From sequence record DRR723986_3475: a stretch of DNA of 64,000 nt; one strand, written 5' to 3'. Shown here piece by piece: positions 37,010 to 47,977 of this stretch. The notes beneath the pieces were generated by a model that saw nothing but the letters and a program-made list of their open reading frames with translations, ran no database searches and was not told the DNA's origin. The position numbers were made by a program, and so were the translations under genes. Every line of letters begins with the position of its first letter. Position 1 is the stretch's first letter.

Positions 37010-38299
37010 CTAATCCGCCAATTCAACCAAATACTCTTTCACGAATTTTTTCATGCGTTCGCGGTTTTCTTCACTGGATGTAAATTCTTGTGCTTGGATA
37101 GCGAAGTCAATGTGGTAGTTAGAATAGAATATATAACAATCTAGCAAGCCTTTTTCTTGCATTTTATAGGCAAACTCCAATTCTTTGGGTTTGTTATCCT
37201 TGTTCTTTTCTAACATTTTTTTCCATGAATACACTTCAAGGTAGCGGTCATCAGTGATGTCATTTTTCTTAATCAGACCAGATGGCTCTGAAAATGGTTC
37301 AACCTTTAATTTTGCTTCTTGATAATCTTTCCAATGGTTCTTTTTAAGTGGGTAATAAACGCCTACTTGGTTAGGGAAAATCGGCCGTATAACGCGTTGT
37401 TCAACCAGCTTTTTATCTTCAACATACAGAACTTCTGAATAATATCCTTTCATATCTTGACCCGGAAATAGGCACATCAGCTCTTCAATTTGTTGCTTCG
37501 CCCGATAAATATTTCCTTCGCCGAAATAGATCTTTGCCAGGTTCTCTCTTGGCTCAATTTGTTGAGGATACAAGTTGATGGTTTTCTTTAAGTAATCTTT
37601 TGCTGAATCCATCTCATTTTTGTAATAGTAATACAGATAAAAACTCATGTTGATGTTATAGGATTCTGGAAAAAATTGGATCAATTCATCTAATTTCTCC
37701 TTTGCCGGCTTGAGTTGTTTGTTATTCAATTCGTCATAGGCTGCAGCATACATCATCACATGGGCAGAATCAACCACCATGGTATCAGGGTCATATTCCA
37801 AAAACATAATTCTTAGGTTGCCATCTGAACGAATAGATTTTGATTTCAAAGAAGCTTCTCTAAGGGCAAATAAATACTCATCATATTCAGTTCGGTACAA
37901 GTCATATGCCGATCGATCTAAGGCCTCCATATTATCTTCAACTTCTCTGATGTACATATTTGTCGACCACTTTTCTTCAGGAATCGCATTTTGAAGAGAG
38001 TCGAGCGTTTCACCCATTCTGTTGTAGGCGGTTTGAATCATGAAGTACGAATAGGATTCACCCACCTCATTCAACTTTTGGTTATAGGTTGTTTCCTTCA
38101 TCTCCACATATATGTCCCAAGCATCATAGCGCGCGTCATCACCTGCCTTATCCAATAGCTTTTTAAGTTTTTTAGTGGCTTTGTGCGGATCCGTTTCAAA
38201 TAGGTCAATGCATTTTTGAATTTTTTCTTCCTTCTGAGCAATTCCTGTCAAATGAAATCCAACAAAAAGAATTAATACGATTAAATATCTGCTGTTCAT
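37010..38299 (-). CDS. Exported TPR-like repeat protein
   Basis: Signal peptide; helical repeats such as AKDYLKKTINLYP and LAKIYFGEGNIYRAKQQIEELMCLFP. Confidence 0.7.
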   Translation of the reverse strand: MNSRYLIVLILFVGFHLTGIAQKEEKIQKCIDLFETDPHKATKKLKKLLDKAGDDARYDAWDIYVEMKETTYNQKLNEVGESYSYFMIQTAYNRMGETLDSLQNAIPEEKWSTNMYIREVEDNMEALDRSAYDLYRTEYDEYLFALREASLKSKSIRSDGNLRIMFLEYDPDTMVVDSAHVMMYAAAYDELNNKQLKPAKEKLDELIQFFPESYNINMSFYLYYYYKNEMDSAKDYLKKTINLYPQQIEPRENLAKIYFGEGNIYRAKQQIEELMCLFPGQDMKGYYSEVLYVEDKKLVEQRVIRPIFPNQVGVYYPLKKNHWKDYQEAKLKVEPFSEPSGLIKKNDITDDRYLEVYSWKKMLEKNKDNKPKELEFAYKMQEKGLLDCYIFYSNYHIDFAIQAQEFTSSEENRERMKKFVKEYLVELAD

Positions 38300-38300
38300 G

Positions 38301-39047
38301 TTATAATTTACTGTTCAAAATTTTAGGGTGATTGCAGATTTTATGCAAATAGGGATTGGTGCGAATTGAATTCATTAAATCCAAGTGTCCCATATGATGG
38401 CAATCTGATCCTACCACATCTATCATGTCTTTATCAATCAAAGATTCGGCCATCTTTTTTACTTGAGGGCCGTATTGACCAGATAACGAATTTAAATTCA
38501 ATTGTAACAAACAGCCTCGAGTTCTATAATCTTCAATCTTATCAAACTCATTGAAGTAAAATGGATATCGCTCAACATGCGCCAAAATTGGTTTGTATCC
38601 TTCCATAATCATATTGAAAATGGTTTCTTTTACTCGAGGTGGTTCATTTGAAAATGACAATTCGAATAAAACATGATTGTCTCCGAAAGTGAGTAATTTT
38701 TTCTGTGCAATTAAATCGTCTAAATGAAAATCTAAATAGTATTCAGCTGCCGCCTCAATTTCAATTGGAATTCCTGCTTCTTTGATTGCACTGCGCACCT
38801 CTTCCAACCCACCAAGTATAATTTCGGGCGTGTTTTTGTAATAATCACTCATTACATGGGGAGTGGTAATCACTTTTTTAAAGCCCAAATCAGAAAATCG
38901 TTTGAGCATGGCCATAGATTCTTCCATTGACTTGGAACCATCATCAATTGCAGGAATGAGATGAGAATGCAAATCAGTATGCAAAAGCCCGAGATCAAAA
39001 GGCTCAAGCTTTGGTTGCTTTTTAAATATGTTGGAAAATATTCCCAT
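38301..39047 (-). CDS. PHP-family Mn-dependent protein-tyrosine phosphatase (CpsB/CapC/YwqE-like)
   Basis: DLHSHLIPAIDDGS, ITTPH, AAEYY, PILAHVERY, GSDCHH. Confidence 0.92.
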   Translation of the reverse strand: MGIFSNIFKKQPKLEPFDLGLLHTDLHSHLIPAIDDGSKSMEESMAMLKRFSDLGFKKVITTPHVMSDYYKNTPEIILGGLEEVRSAIKEAGIPIEIEAAAEYYLDFHLDDLIAQKKLLTFGDNHVLFELSFSNEPPRVKETIFNMIMEGYKPILAHVERYPFYFNEFDKIEDYRTRGCLLQLNLNSLSGQYGPQVKKMAESLIDKDMIDVVGSDCHHMGHLDLMNSIRTNPYLHKICNHPKILNSKL

Positions 39048-39103
39048 GTATTAAAAGTACTATATATATTTATAATTGTCCGTAATTACCGAAACCATAT
39101 AAT

Positions 39104-40183
39104 ATGAAAAAAGTTCTGATTTGTCTATTGTTTCTTCCAATTTATTGTGCTGCCCAAAGCAAGTTTGAACTTTCAGAAAGTACCGCTAAATCACTGGTGC
39201 AGGTTCCTATAGATTGTATTTATCAAGAATATCCGAATAAGCTTGGACAAGTATTGACCGATTCAAGTCATATTGATCATCCTCAATCATTGCACCCCAT
39301 ATTTTACGGATGTTTTGATTGGCACTCTTCTGTACATGGACATTGGTTGATGACCAAAATAGCGAATCTCTATCCAGAATCTGATATGGCAGATGAAATC
39401 ACAGTAATTTTAGACGAGCAGTTTCAAGTTCCAAAAGTGCAAATGGAGTTGCTTTATTTTCAACCTAAATTGAATCGCTCTTTCGAGCGCACTTACGGAT
39501 GGGCGTGGTTGTTGAAGTTACACGCAGAATTGGACCAACATCCGTTAAATGAATCTCATGGATGGACAAAAAACTTGCAATCATTGACCACTCAAATTGT
39601 GACCAATTACAAAGCGTTTTTACCAAAAATGGCTTATCCGATTAGAGTAGGAGAGCATACCAATACGGCTTTTGGTCTGTCTTTAGCTTATGATTATGCA
39701 GTGCAAATGCAGGATGAAGAGTTTAAAAACTTGATTTCATCAAGAGCAAGAGATTTTTATATGGATGATGAAGGCTGCCCGATAGGATGGGAGCCAAGTG
39801 GATTTGATTTTATCTCTCCTTGTTTGCAAGAGGCTGAATTGATGTCTAAAATCCTTACGGAAAAAGAGTTCAAGAAATGGTTGTCAAAATTTTTACCCGA
39901 ATTAATGGAGGATGATTTTAAACTAGAGCCAGGAAAAGTTTTAGACAGAACAGATGGAAAACTGGTTCATTTAGATGGATTGAATTTTTCACGAGCATGG
40001 TGTTTATACGGATTGGCAAAACAGCTAACTAAGAACGCCGAACGATTAACAGAATTGGGAGATTTGCACATAGCAGCTTCAGAAAATGAAGTGATTGGCT
40101 CTGACTATATGGGTAGTCATTGGCTAGCAAGTTTTTTGGTTTATGCCTTGGATAAAAGAGTAGAGATCAACCCGAACAAATAG
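39104..40183 (+). CDS. DUF2891-family exported protein
   Basis: EYPNK, HPIFYGCFDWHSSVHGHW, FERTYGWAWLL, GEHTNTAF, HLDGLNFSRAW, YMGSHWLASF. Confidence 0.88.
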   Translation: MKKVLICLLFLPIYCAAQSKFELSESTAKSLVQVPIDCIYQEYPNKLGQVLTDSSHIDHPQSLHPIFYGCFDWHSSVHGHWLMTKIANLYPESDMADEITVILDEQFQVPKVQMELLYFQPKLNRSFERTYGWAWLLKLHAELDQHPLNESHGWTKNLQSLTTQIVTNYKAFLPKMAYPIRVGEHTNTAFGLSLAYDYAVQMQDEEFKNLISSRARDFYMDDEGCPIGWEPSGFDFISPCLQEAELMSKILTEKEFKKWLSKFLPELMEDDFKLEPGKVLDRTDGKLVHLDGLNFSRAWCLYGLAKQLTKNAERLTELGDLHIAASENEVIGSDYMGSHWLASFLVYALDKRVEINPNK

Positions 40184-40186
40184 CAG

Positions 40187-41578
40187 CTACTGAACAATTA
40201 ATTTTTTAACTGTTGAATAGGCAGATGATGCATAATGAATAAAATAAGCTCCGCTCGGCAAGGAGTAAGCAACGTTTGATTCAGGTTGAATTTTGGTTAT
40301 TAATTTTCCCTCTAACGAATAGACATCAGCAACGTCTCCTTCACTTACATTTGATAAATAAAATGTTCCTTGACTCGGGTTAGGGTAAATGATTACTTCT
40401 TGATTATACGGATGCTCAGTTTCTATTGTTAAATCGCAGGGACCACTTGTTGGTGAATTACCATTAAGTGCAACGCGATTCGCAAATAATGCTGCCATTG
40501 AATCTGATCGCATAACCCAATTATCAATTGAGTGCCCATTATCAAAACAATCGTTTAGATATTCGTAATTCTCTATGATATCCACTTTTCTGACCGGTGC
40601 TACAGTTAGTGAAGAGAAATAAGCTTCAATACTTTTAGAGCCATGAGATCTTGGATATTTGGCATATTGTTGGCAAATGTTAGATTGAGCATAACACTCC
40701 CAATCCGTCCTACCAAGAATTCTTCCATAATTATAATTCACTACGACATCACTTCCTTGATGAAACATATAAACGACTGGCCATTCTGTGTCCCCTGCAA
40801 TCATATCAAAATCCATCATTGCACCGTAGATACTTCCAACTCCTTGCACTGTAGCGTTGTGTTGACCAAGGTTTAGTGTTCCATTGATATCTCCTAAATC
40901 AGGACGAGAAAGAGAATAGCCTGCTGGCAAACAACTCACTAAATCAGCATCCGGATTTGGAGCATCAGCAATTGCGCCACAAAAAGTAGATTTCTCACTT
41001 GGTTTGTCTATAAATGTGGCGGCAAATGCAACATATGCACCTGCACTTTCTCCTGCAATAAACACATTGGAAATATCAATTGAGTCTAGAATTGCTCGGC
41101 CCTTCATGAAACGAATAGCACCTTTAGCATCTTGCTGTCCACGGTAATTGGCTCTAAACACTTCTGCACTATCACATATGTATCCGCATGGCTCAGAAAT
41201 AGAATTGTTGCAGACAGCATACATATTGTAATTAGACGTTTTGTGTGTTCCGAGGCGATAATTAATCGTTGAAACTACCCATCCTTTTTCCGCAAAACTG
41301 GTTGCAATGTTCACGATTGATGCATCATTTTTTGAACCGCCTATCCAAGCTCCACCGTGCACAAGTACAAGGCAAGGCCGATTACAATTGTTGTCATTCA
41401 CAGGTTTGTAAACATCCATCAAAAGTGTGTCATTGATTCCGGCAAAGTTTTCTACAATTCCATACTCAATATCGGTTTCAACGGTGATAGAATAATCGTT
41501 TTGGGTATAAGGTGCTTGAGCAATTGAACTTAAACTGCCAGCTATTGAAATCAGGGCTAAAAGTATTTTCTTTTTCAT
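40187..41578 (-). CDS. T9SS-secreted alpha/beta hydrolase (carboxylesterase/lipase-like)
   Basis: MKKKILL signal peptide from ATG 41578, VHGGAW oxyanion motif, INYRLG, GESAG nucleophile, IYPNP...KKLIVQ CTD. Confidence 0.85.
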   Translation of the reverse strand: MKKKILLALISIAGSLSSIAQAPYTQNDYSITVETDIEYGIVENFAGINDTLLMDVYKPVNDNNCNRPCLVLVHGGAWIGGSKNDASIVNIATSFAEKGWVVSTINYRLGTHKTSNYNMYAVCNNSISEPCGYICDSAEVFRANYRGQQDAKGAIRFMKGRAILDSIDISNVFIAGESAGAYVAFAATFIDKPSEKSTFCGAIADAPNPDADLVSCLPAGYSLSRPDLGDINGTLNLGQHNATVQGVGSIYGAMMDFDMIAGDTEWPVVYMFHQGSDVVVNYNYGRILGRTDWECYAQSNICQQYAKYPRSHGSKSIEAYFSSLTVAPVRKVDIIENYEYLNDCFDNGHSIDNWVMRSDSMAALFANRVALNGNSPTSGPCDLTIETEHPYNQEVIIYPNPSQGTFYLSNVSEGDVADVYSLEGKLITKIQPESNVAYSLPSGAYFIHYASSAYSTVKKLIVQ

Positions 41579-41625
41579 AGACCGAAAATTATGAATATTC
41601 CAAATGCAAAACAAAATTTTAACAA

Positions 41626-42672
41626 TTAAGAATAGTGCTCATCATAGTACTTCTGGTAATCACCAGATGTCACGTTTTCAATCCAATCTTCATTGGATAA
41701 ATACCAATCAATAGTTTTCTCCAAGCCTTCTTCAAATTCTAATGAGGGAATCCAGCCCAATTCATCTTTGATTTTAGTGGCATCAATGGCATATCTCATG
41801 TCATGACCAGCTCTATCGGTAACAAAAGTGATAAGTTGTTCATTTGTACCTGCGGTGCGTCCGAGCTTTTCATCCATAATTTGGCACATCTTTCTCACCA
41901 AATCAATATTGGTCCATTCGTTCCAACCGCCAATATTATATGTTTCGCCTAGTTTTCCTTTATGAAAAATGGTATCAATAGCTCTTGCATGGTCTTCAAC
42001 CCATAACCAATCTCTGACATTTTCTCCAGTACCATAAACAGGCAAGGCTTTATTGTTTTTTATATTGTTGATCACTAACGGAATCAGTTTTTCGGGAAAC
42101 TGATGAGATCCGTAATTATTAGAACAATTTGAAATTTTCACAGGTAGATTATAAGTGTGAAAATAGGCCCTAACTAAATGATCTGAACTTGCTTTTGAGG
42201 CAGAATATGGACTTCTTGGGTCGTAAGATGTATCTTCTAAAAAGAAGCCTTCATCACCTAATGATCCGTATACTTCATCTGTTGAGATGTGATAGAAAAT
42301 ATGGTTTGATTCGTTTTTCCAAGATGATCTGGCTACTTCTAGTAAATTGGCCGTTCCAACAATATTCGTGATGATGAATTCCATTGGTCCAGAAATAGAT
42401 CTATCCACATGTGATTCTGCGGCTAAATGAATAACATCTGTGATGCCTTTTTCTTCAAAAATGCTGGTTAAAAAATCTTTATCTTGAATATCACCTTTGA
42501 TGAAATGATAATTCTGCTCGTTTTCAATCTCGGTTAGATTTTTAAGATTTCCTGCATAAGTCAATTTATCAAGATTGTAAATCTCGTAATCAGGATAGGA
42601 TTTAACAAACAGTTTTACAACATGAGATCCAATGAATCCTGCACCTCCGGTAATTAAAATCTTTTTTTTCAT
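41626..42672 (-). CDS. rfbB: dTDP-glucose 4,6-dehydratase
   Basis: TGGAGFIGS, DKLTYAGN, HLAAESHVDRSI, STDEVYG, YSASK. Confidence 0.97.
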   Translation of the reverse strand: MKKKILITGGAGFIGSHVVKLFVKSYPDYEIYNLDKLTYAGNLKNLTEIENEQNYHFIKGDIQDKDFLTSIFEEKGITDVIHLAAESHVDRSISGPMEFIITNIVGTANLLEVARSSWKNESNHIFYHISTDEVYGSLGDEGFFLEDTSYDPRSPYSASKASSDHLVRAYFHTYNLPVKISNCSNNYGSHQFPEKLIPLVINNIKNNKALPVYGTGENVRDWLWVEDHARAIDTIFHKGKLGETYNIGGWNEWTNIDLVRKMCQIMDEKLGRTAGTNEQLITFVTDRAGHDMRYAIDATKIKDELGWIPSLEFEEGLEKTIDWYLSNEDWIENVTSGDYQKYYDEHYS

Positions 42673-42715
42673 ATCCTTCTAACGAATCTGGAACGGCTTT
42701 ATTCCTTAAAAAATC

Positions 42716-44017
42716 CTAAAGAGACCAATAGTCCATCTCTTTTATTTTTCCTTTATAAATTCCTTTAAGATCTACAATTATTCCTTTGTCATCCCTCATC
42801 ATACCGCGTAAGTCCGATTCTGAAAGATTGGTGTACTCTTCATGATTCACTGCAATAATTATTGCATCATAGTCGTCCGTTGATTTTGGAGTAATTTCAA
42901 AACCATACTCTTCAAACACTTCAATTGAATCTGCGTGCGGATCAATTACATCAACTTTACAAGCAAACGATTCAAGCTCTCGAATTACATCCACTACTTT
43001 TGAGTTTCTGATATCCGAAACATCTTCTTTGAAAGTAGCTCCCATTACCAGTACTTTTGATTCCATTGGATTTTTTCCATGACCAATCATTTTCTTGACG
43101 GTTTGTTTACCGACATAGAACCCCATAGAATCATTCACGTACCTACCTGAATTGATGATTTTAGCATGATAACCAACTTGTTTAGCTTTATGGGTTAGGT
43201 AATATGGGTCAACACCAATGCAATGTCCTCCTACCAAACCTGGTCTGAAATTCAAGAAATTCCATTTCGTGCCTGCTGCCTCTAAAACATCATAGGTATT
43301 GATGTTTAATTTATTGAAAATGATAGATAGTTCATTGATTAAAGCAATGTTGACATCCCTTTGCGTGTTCTCAATAATTTTCGCTGCCTCGGCAACTTTA
43401 ATTGAAGCTGCTCTGTGAACGCCTGCCTCAACCACTAATTCGTAGGTTTTTGCAATGTGCTCAGCCGACTCAGGGTCGCATCCTGAACTTACTTTTACAA
43501 TAGACGAAAGAGTGTTAACCTTATCACCCGGATTAATTCTTTCAGGAGAATACCCCACTTTAAAGTCTTCCATGAATTTTAATCCACTTTCAGCTTCTAA
43601 AACCGGAATACAATCTTCTTCGGTACATCCAGGATATACGGTAGATTCATAAACCACATAGTCCCCTTTCTTGAGTACCTGTCCAACCGTGCTACTTGCT
43701 CCTAACAAAGGAGTTAGATCTGGTAATTTACTATCATCAATAGGAGTTGGAACTGCCACAATGTAAAAAGTAGCAGCTTTTAAATCTTCTAATTTATGTG
43801 TGAATTTGATATCGCATCCATCAAAATCAGCAGCTTCTAATTCATTACTCGGGTCAATATTATTTTGCATCATTTCCACCCTTTTGGCATTGATGTCAAA
43901 CCCTATAACTTTTATTTTTCGTGCAAATTCAAGTGCTATTGGTAATCCAACATAACCTAAACCTATTACAGCTAAGGTTGCTTCTTTTTTAACTAGTTTA
44001 TCGTAAATTGATTCCAT
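42716..44017 (-). CDS. UDP-GlcNAc/GalNAc 6-dehydrogenase (WbpA/WbpO/TviB-like)
   Basis: GLGYVGLP, YESTVYPG, YSPERINPG, KIIENTQRDVNIA, GGHCIGVDPYYL. Confidence 0.9.
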   Translation of the reverse strand: MESIYDKLVKKEATLAVIGLGYVGLPIALEFARKIKVIGFDINAKRVEMMQNNIDPSNELEAADFDGCDIKFTHKLEDLKAATFYIVAVPTPIDDSKLPDLTPLLGASSTVGQVLKKGDYVVYESTVYPGCTEEDCIPVLEAESGLKFMEDFKVGYSPERINPGDKVNTLSSIVKVSSGCDPESAEHIAKTYELVVEAGVHRAASIKVAEAAKIIENTQRDVNIALINELSIIFNKLNINTYDVLEAAGTKWNFLNFRPGLVGGHCIGVDPYYLTHKAKQVGYHAKIINSGRYVNDSMGFYVGKQTVKKMIGHGKNPMESKVLVMGATFKEDVSDIRNSKVVDVIRELESFACKVDVIDPHADSIEVFEEYGFEITPKSTDDYDAIIIAVNHEEYTNLSESDLRGMMRDDKGIIVDLKGIYKGKIKEMDYWSL

Positions 44018-44052
44018 GCTTTAATTTTATTCTAAGTCAAAAACTTGACTTT

Positions 44053-45096
44053 TTAAGTATTTTTTTCATTTAAGTAGTTATCTCTCACCTCATAAATCCG
44101 TTCTATTATTTCCACAACTTTCAATCCTTCTAAGGCATTGGTTGTTGGAGTAGTTCTTTGTTTTAACGAATCAACTACATTTTCGATAATATAATGATGA
44201 TTCGCAGCCGAACCTTTGTATGATCCGTAGTCATTTGCTGGATTTGAAGGCGGAAGATCTGGCATTTCGTAATTTTCAATATTACATACCTCAATTTCAT
44301 TCATATATTGTCCGCCAATTTTAACAGATCCTTTACTACCAACTATTGTCATTGAACTTTCAAGGTTCTGATTCCAAACCGAGGTAGAATAATTTATAGA
44401 TCCCATTCCACCATTAATAAAATCGAAACTTACAAATCCAGAGTCTTCAAAATCTGTAGTATTTTGATGCGAGAAATCAGCAAACCTACCCTGAATATTT
44501 TTGATGTCTCCGAAAAGCCAATACATTATATCTATGAAGTGAGAGAATTGCGTAAACAATGTTCCACCATCTAAATCGGCAGTACCTTTCCAGCCACCTT
44601 TTTTATAATAACGATCATCACGATTCCAATAGCAGTTCAGCTGAACCATAAAAATTTCGCCAAGTAGTTTTTCAGAAATAACTTTTTTAATCCATTCAGA
44701 AGGTGGTGAATATCTATTCTGCATTACGCAAAACACTTGCTTTGAATTCTGCAAGGCCGTATATATTACACTTTCACAATTATCTTTTGAAAGTCCCATT
44801 GGTTTTTCACAGACAACATGTAAACCAAATTCAAGACATTTTTTAGCTTGTTCTGAATGAAGTCCGTTAGGGGTACAAATGGAAACAACATCAGTTTCAA
44901 TATTCGCGGCCAAAAAATCATCTAAACTGGAGAAAAACGGAGCGTTAAATTCATCTAATCCTAAAGTGGATTTGTCAGCTGTGTCAATTAATCCAACAAG
45001 CGCTGACTCCTCATTACGCGTAATCATTGTGGCGTGTCTTTTTCCAATATGACCGCAGCCAACTACGGCAAATCTTATTTTACTTTCTTCTTGCAT
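44053..45096 (-). CDS. Gfo/Idh/MocA oxidoreductase (WbpB/WlbA-like sugar 3-dehydrogenase)
   Basis: VGCGHIG, TPNGLH, CEKPM, QNRY, WNR, DGG. Confidence 0.85.
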   Translation of the reverse strand: MQEESKIRFAVVGCGHIGKRHATMITRNEESALVGLIDTADKSTLGLDEFNAPFFSSLDDFLAANIETDVVSICTPNGLHSEQAKKCLEFGLHVVCEKPMGLSKDNCESVIYTALQNSKQVFCVMQNRYSPPSEWIKKVISEKLLGEIFMVQLNCYWNRDDRYYKKGGWKGTADLDGGTLFTQFSHFIDIMYWLFGDIKNIQGRFADFSHQNTTDFEDSGFVSFDFINGGMGSINYSTSVWNQNLESSMTIVGSKGSVKIGGQYMNEIEVCNIENYEMPDLPPSNPANDYGSYKGSAANHHYIIENVVDSLKQRTTPTTNALEGLKVVEIIERIYEVRDNYLNEKNT

Positions 45097-45668
45097 TAAA
45101 TCTTTTTTACGCGATTATCTTCAATTAGATATTCATCCTTTGATTCTGGACAAATCGCTCTATTATTGTTGTCAAATTCAAGACGGTGACCAAATTCACT
45201 CATCCAACCAATTTGCTTGGCAGGATTCCCTACTAACAAGGCGTAATCAGGCACTTCTTTTGTAACCACGGCACCAGCACCGATAAACGCGAATTTACCT
45301 ATGGGGTTGCCGCATACAATTGTTGCATTGGCACCAATTGAGGCTCCAGTTCCAACTTTTGTTTCCAGGTATTGATCTCTTCTATTTACCGCGCTTCGTG
45401 GATTCATTACATTGGTGAAAACCATAGATGGGCCTAAAAAAACATCATCTTCACAAATAACACCGGTATAGATGGAAACATTGTTTTGAACTTTGACGTT
45501 ATTGCCCAATTCAACTTCTGGTGAAACTACTACGTTTTGACCTATATTACAATTCTTTCCAATCCTGCAATTCGGCATTATATGAGAAAAATGCCAAATC
45601 TTGGTTCCTTCGCCGATTTGACATCCTTCATCAATGACAGCTGTTTCATGTGCAAAAAACTCATTCAT
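45096..45668 (-). CDS. Hexapeptide-repeat N-acetyltransferase (WbpD/WlbB-like)
   Basis: TKIWHFSHI, GQNV, VKVQNNVSIY, GPSMVFTNVMNPRS. Confidence 0.9.
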   Translation of the reverse strand: MNEFFAHETAVIDEGCQIGEGTKIWHFSHIMPNCRIGKNCNIGQNVVVSPEVELGNNVKVQNNVSIYTGVICEDDVFLGPSMVFTNVMNPRSAVNRRDQYLETKVGTGASIGANATIVCGNPIGKFAFIGAGAVVTKEVPDYALLVGNPAKQIGWMSEFGHRLEFDNNNRAICPESKDEYLIEDNRVKKI

Positions 45669-46663
45669 TATTTTACCACGTATTTATCAAAATCGTAATG
45701 ATCTTTCTCGTTCAACTCGGCTGGGGTTAAATTTCTAAAGTATTCGTATGTGAGTTTTAAACCTTCATCACGATTAATTTTAGGAGTCCATCCCAATATG
45801 TTTTTTGCCTTAGTGATATCCGGTTGTCTTTGTTTCGGGTCATTGATTGGTAAGTCTTTGTAAACAATTTTTTGATCGGTCCCAGTGAGTTCTATAATTT
45901 CTTTTGCAAAATCGGCAATTGATATTTCGTCAGGGTTGCCAATGTTTACTGGAAAATTGTAATCAGAGTGTAATAGGCGGTAAATACCTTCTACTAAATC
46001 ATCCACATAACAAAATGACCTTGTTTGTGATCCATCACCAAAAATGGTTAAATCTTCACCTCTTAATGCTTGTCCAATAAAAGCTGGCAAAACTCTTCCA
46101 TCATTTAAACGCATTCTTGGTCCATATGTATTAAAAATGCGAACAATTTTAGTGTCAACTTGATGATAAGTGTGATATGCCATAGTCATAGCCTCTTGAA
46201 ATCGCTTGGCTTCATCATATACCCCTCTCGGTCCAATCGGGTTTACATGGCCCCAATATTCTTCTGTTTGAGGATGTACCTCTGGGTCTCCATACACTTC
46301 GGATGTAGAGGCGATCATTAACGTTGCCTTTTTTGCTTTAGCCAGACCAAGGCAATTGTGTATACCTAAAGAACCTACTTTTAAGGTTTGAATAGGAATT
46401 TTTAAATAATCTATAGGGCTGGCTGGTGATGCAAAATGCAGAATATAATCGAGACTACCAGGTATATGAATGAATTTGCTCACATCATGGTTGTAGAACT
46501 CAAAGTTTTCTAAAGGAAACAGATGTTCGATATTTTTCAGCCTTCCAGTAATAAGGTTGTCCATTCCAATAACGAAATATCCCTCCTTAATGAATCGATC
46601 ACAAAGATGCGATCCTAAAAAGCCAGCGGCCCCTGTTATTAATATTTTTTTTCTTTCCGACAT
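45668..46663 (-). CDS. UDP-glucuronate decarboxylase (UDP-xylose synthase) family
   Basis: [57 protein letters not shown]. Confidence 0.92.
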   Translation of the reverse strand: MSERKKILITGAAGFLGSHLCDRFIKEGYFVIGMDNLITGRLKNIEHLFPLENFEFYNHDVSKFIHIPGSLDYILHFASPASPIDYLKIPIQTLKVGSLGIHNCLGLAKAKKATLMIASTSEVYGDPEVHPQTEEYWGHVNPIGPRGVYDEAKRFQEAMTMAYHTYHQVDTKIVRIFNTYGPRMRLNDGRVLPAFIGQALRGEDLTIFGDGSQTRSFCYVDDLVEGIYRLLHSDYNFPVNIGNPDEISIADFAKEIIELTGTDQKIVYKDLPINDPKQRQPDITKAKNILGWTPKINRDEGLKLTYEYFRNLTPAELNEKDHYDFDKYVVK

Positions 46664-47977
46664 TTAGTTCAAAACAGTGCGTCTTCCGATACTTTCGTAG
46701 TAAAAACCTTTGCCTTCCATTTCTTCCAAATCGAATAGGTTTCTTCCGTCAAAAATTTTAGGTTCTACGAGTGATTCTCTGATTTTATCAAAATCAGGAT
46801 TTCTAAAAGCCCCCCATTCAGTGGCAATTAATAAGGCATCCTTTTGATGTATCGCATCATAAGCGTTTTCAACGAATTGAATTTTGTCACCGTAAACTGA
46901 TTTTACGTTTTCCATTGCTTCTGGATCATACGCCGTAATTGTTGCTCCTGCAGATAATAGCGCATCAATCATGTATAATGCTGGTGCTTCTCTTATATCA
47001 TCTGTATCTGGTTTAAAAGCTAACCCCCAAAGGCCGAAATTTTTGCCAGATAAATCACCATAATGGTTTTTTACCTTTTCTATTAATTTCAATTTTTGGT
47101 TGTTGTTAACATCCAATACGGCATCAATAATTTGAAATCTGTAATCAAAATCATTTCCTGATTTTACAAGCGCCTGAACATCTTTAGGGAAACAGCTTCC
47201 TCCAAATCCAATGCCTGGGAATAGAAATCGCTTACCAATTCGGGTATCAGAACCCATTCCAATTCTAACATCATCAACATTAGCTCCAACTTTTTCACAA
47301 AAGTTGGCAATCTCATTCATAAAAGTGATTTTAGTTGCTAGAAAGGAATTAGCTGCATATTTCGTTAATTCAGCAGATTTTTCATCCATAAAAATTATAG
47401 GATTTCCCTGGCGAACGAATGGTTTATACAGTTCTTTCATGATAGTTTGAGCTCTTTGCGAACTTGTCCCTATCACTACTCGGTCAGGTTTTAAGAAATC
47501 GTCTACCGCAAATCCTTCTCTTAAAAACTCGGGATTTGAAACGACATCAAAATCCACCGTAGCATGTTTTTTAATCGCTGCATCAACCTTTTCTGCTGTT
47601 CCAACCGGCACTGTTGATTTGTCCACAATGACTTTATACGAAGTCATTATTTTACCTAATTCGTCAGCAACCCCTAAAACATAACTTAGGTCAGCTGATC
47701 CATCACCGCCAGGAGGAGTAGGCAAGGCTAAAAAGATGATTTCAGACGCCTCCACGGCAGCTTTCAAATCAGTCGTAAAAGTTAATCTACCTTGTTTAAT
47801 ATTTCTTTCAAAAATAACGTCAAGATGTGGTTCGTAAATCGGAACCTCACCATTTTTCATTTTTTCCACTTTTTTTTCATCAATGTCAACACAGATTACG
47901 TTGTTTCCTGTTTCAGCAAAACAGGTTCCTGAAACCAAACCAACATAACCGGATCCTACAACTGCAATTTTTTTCAT
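46664..47977 (-). CDS. ugd: UDP-glucose 6-dehydrogenase
   Basis: GSGYVGL, KSTVPVGT, SNPEFLREG, GFGGSCFPKD, GLAFKPDTDD. Confidence 0.93.
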   Translation of the reverse strand: MKKIAVVGSGYVGLVSGTCFAETGNNVICVDIDEKKVEKMKNGEVPIYEPHLDVIFERNIKQGRLTFTTDLKAAVEASEIIFLALPTPPGGDGSADLSYVLGVADELGKIMTSYKVIVDKSTVPVGTAEKVDAAIKKHATVDFDVVSNPEFLREGFAVDDFLKPDRVVIGTSSQRAQTIMKELYKPFVRQGNPIIFMDEKSAELTKYAANSFLATKITFMNEIANFCEKVGANVDDVRIGMGSDTRIGKRFLFPGIGFGGSCFPKDVQALVKSGNDFDYRFQIIDAVLDVNNNQKLKLIEKVKNHYGDLSGKNFGLWGLAFKPDTDDIREAPALYMIDALLSAGATITAYDPEAMENVKSVYGDKIQFVENAYDAIHQKDALLIATEWGAFRNPDFDKIRESLVEPKIFDGRNLFDLEEMEGKGFYYESIGRRTVLN

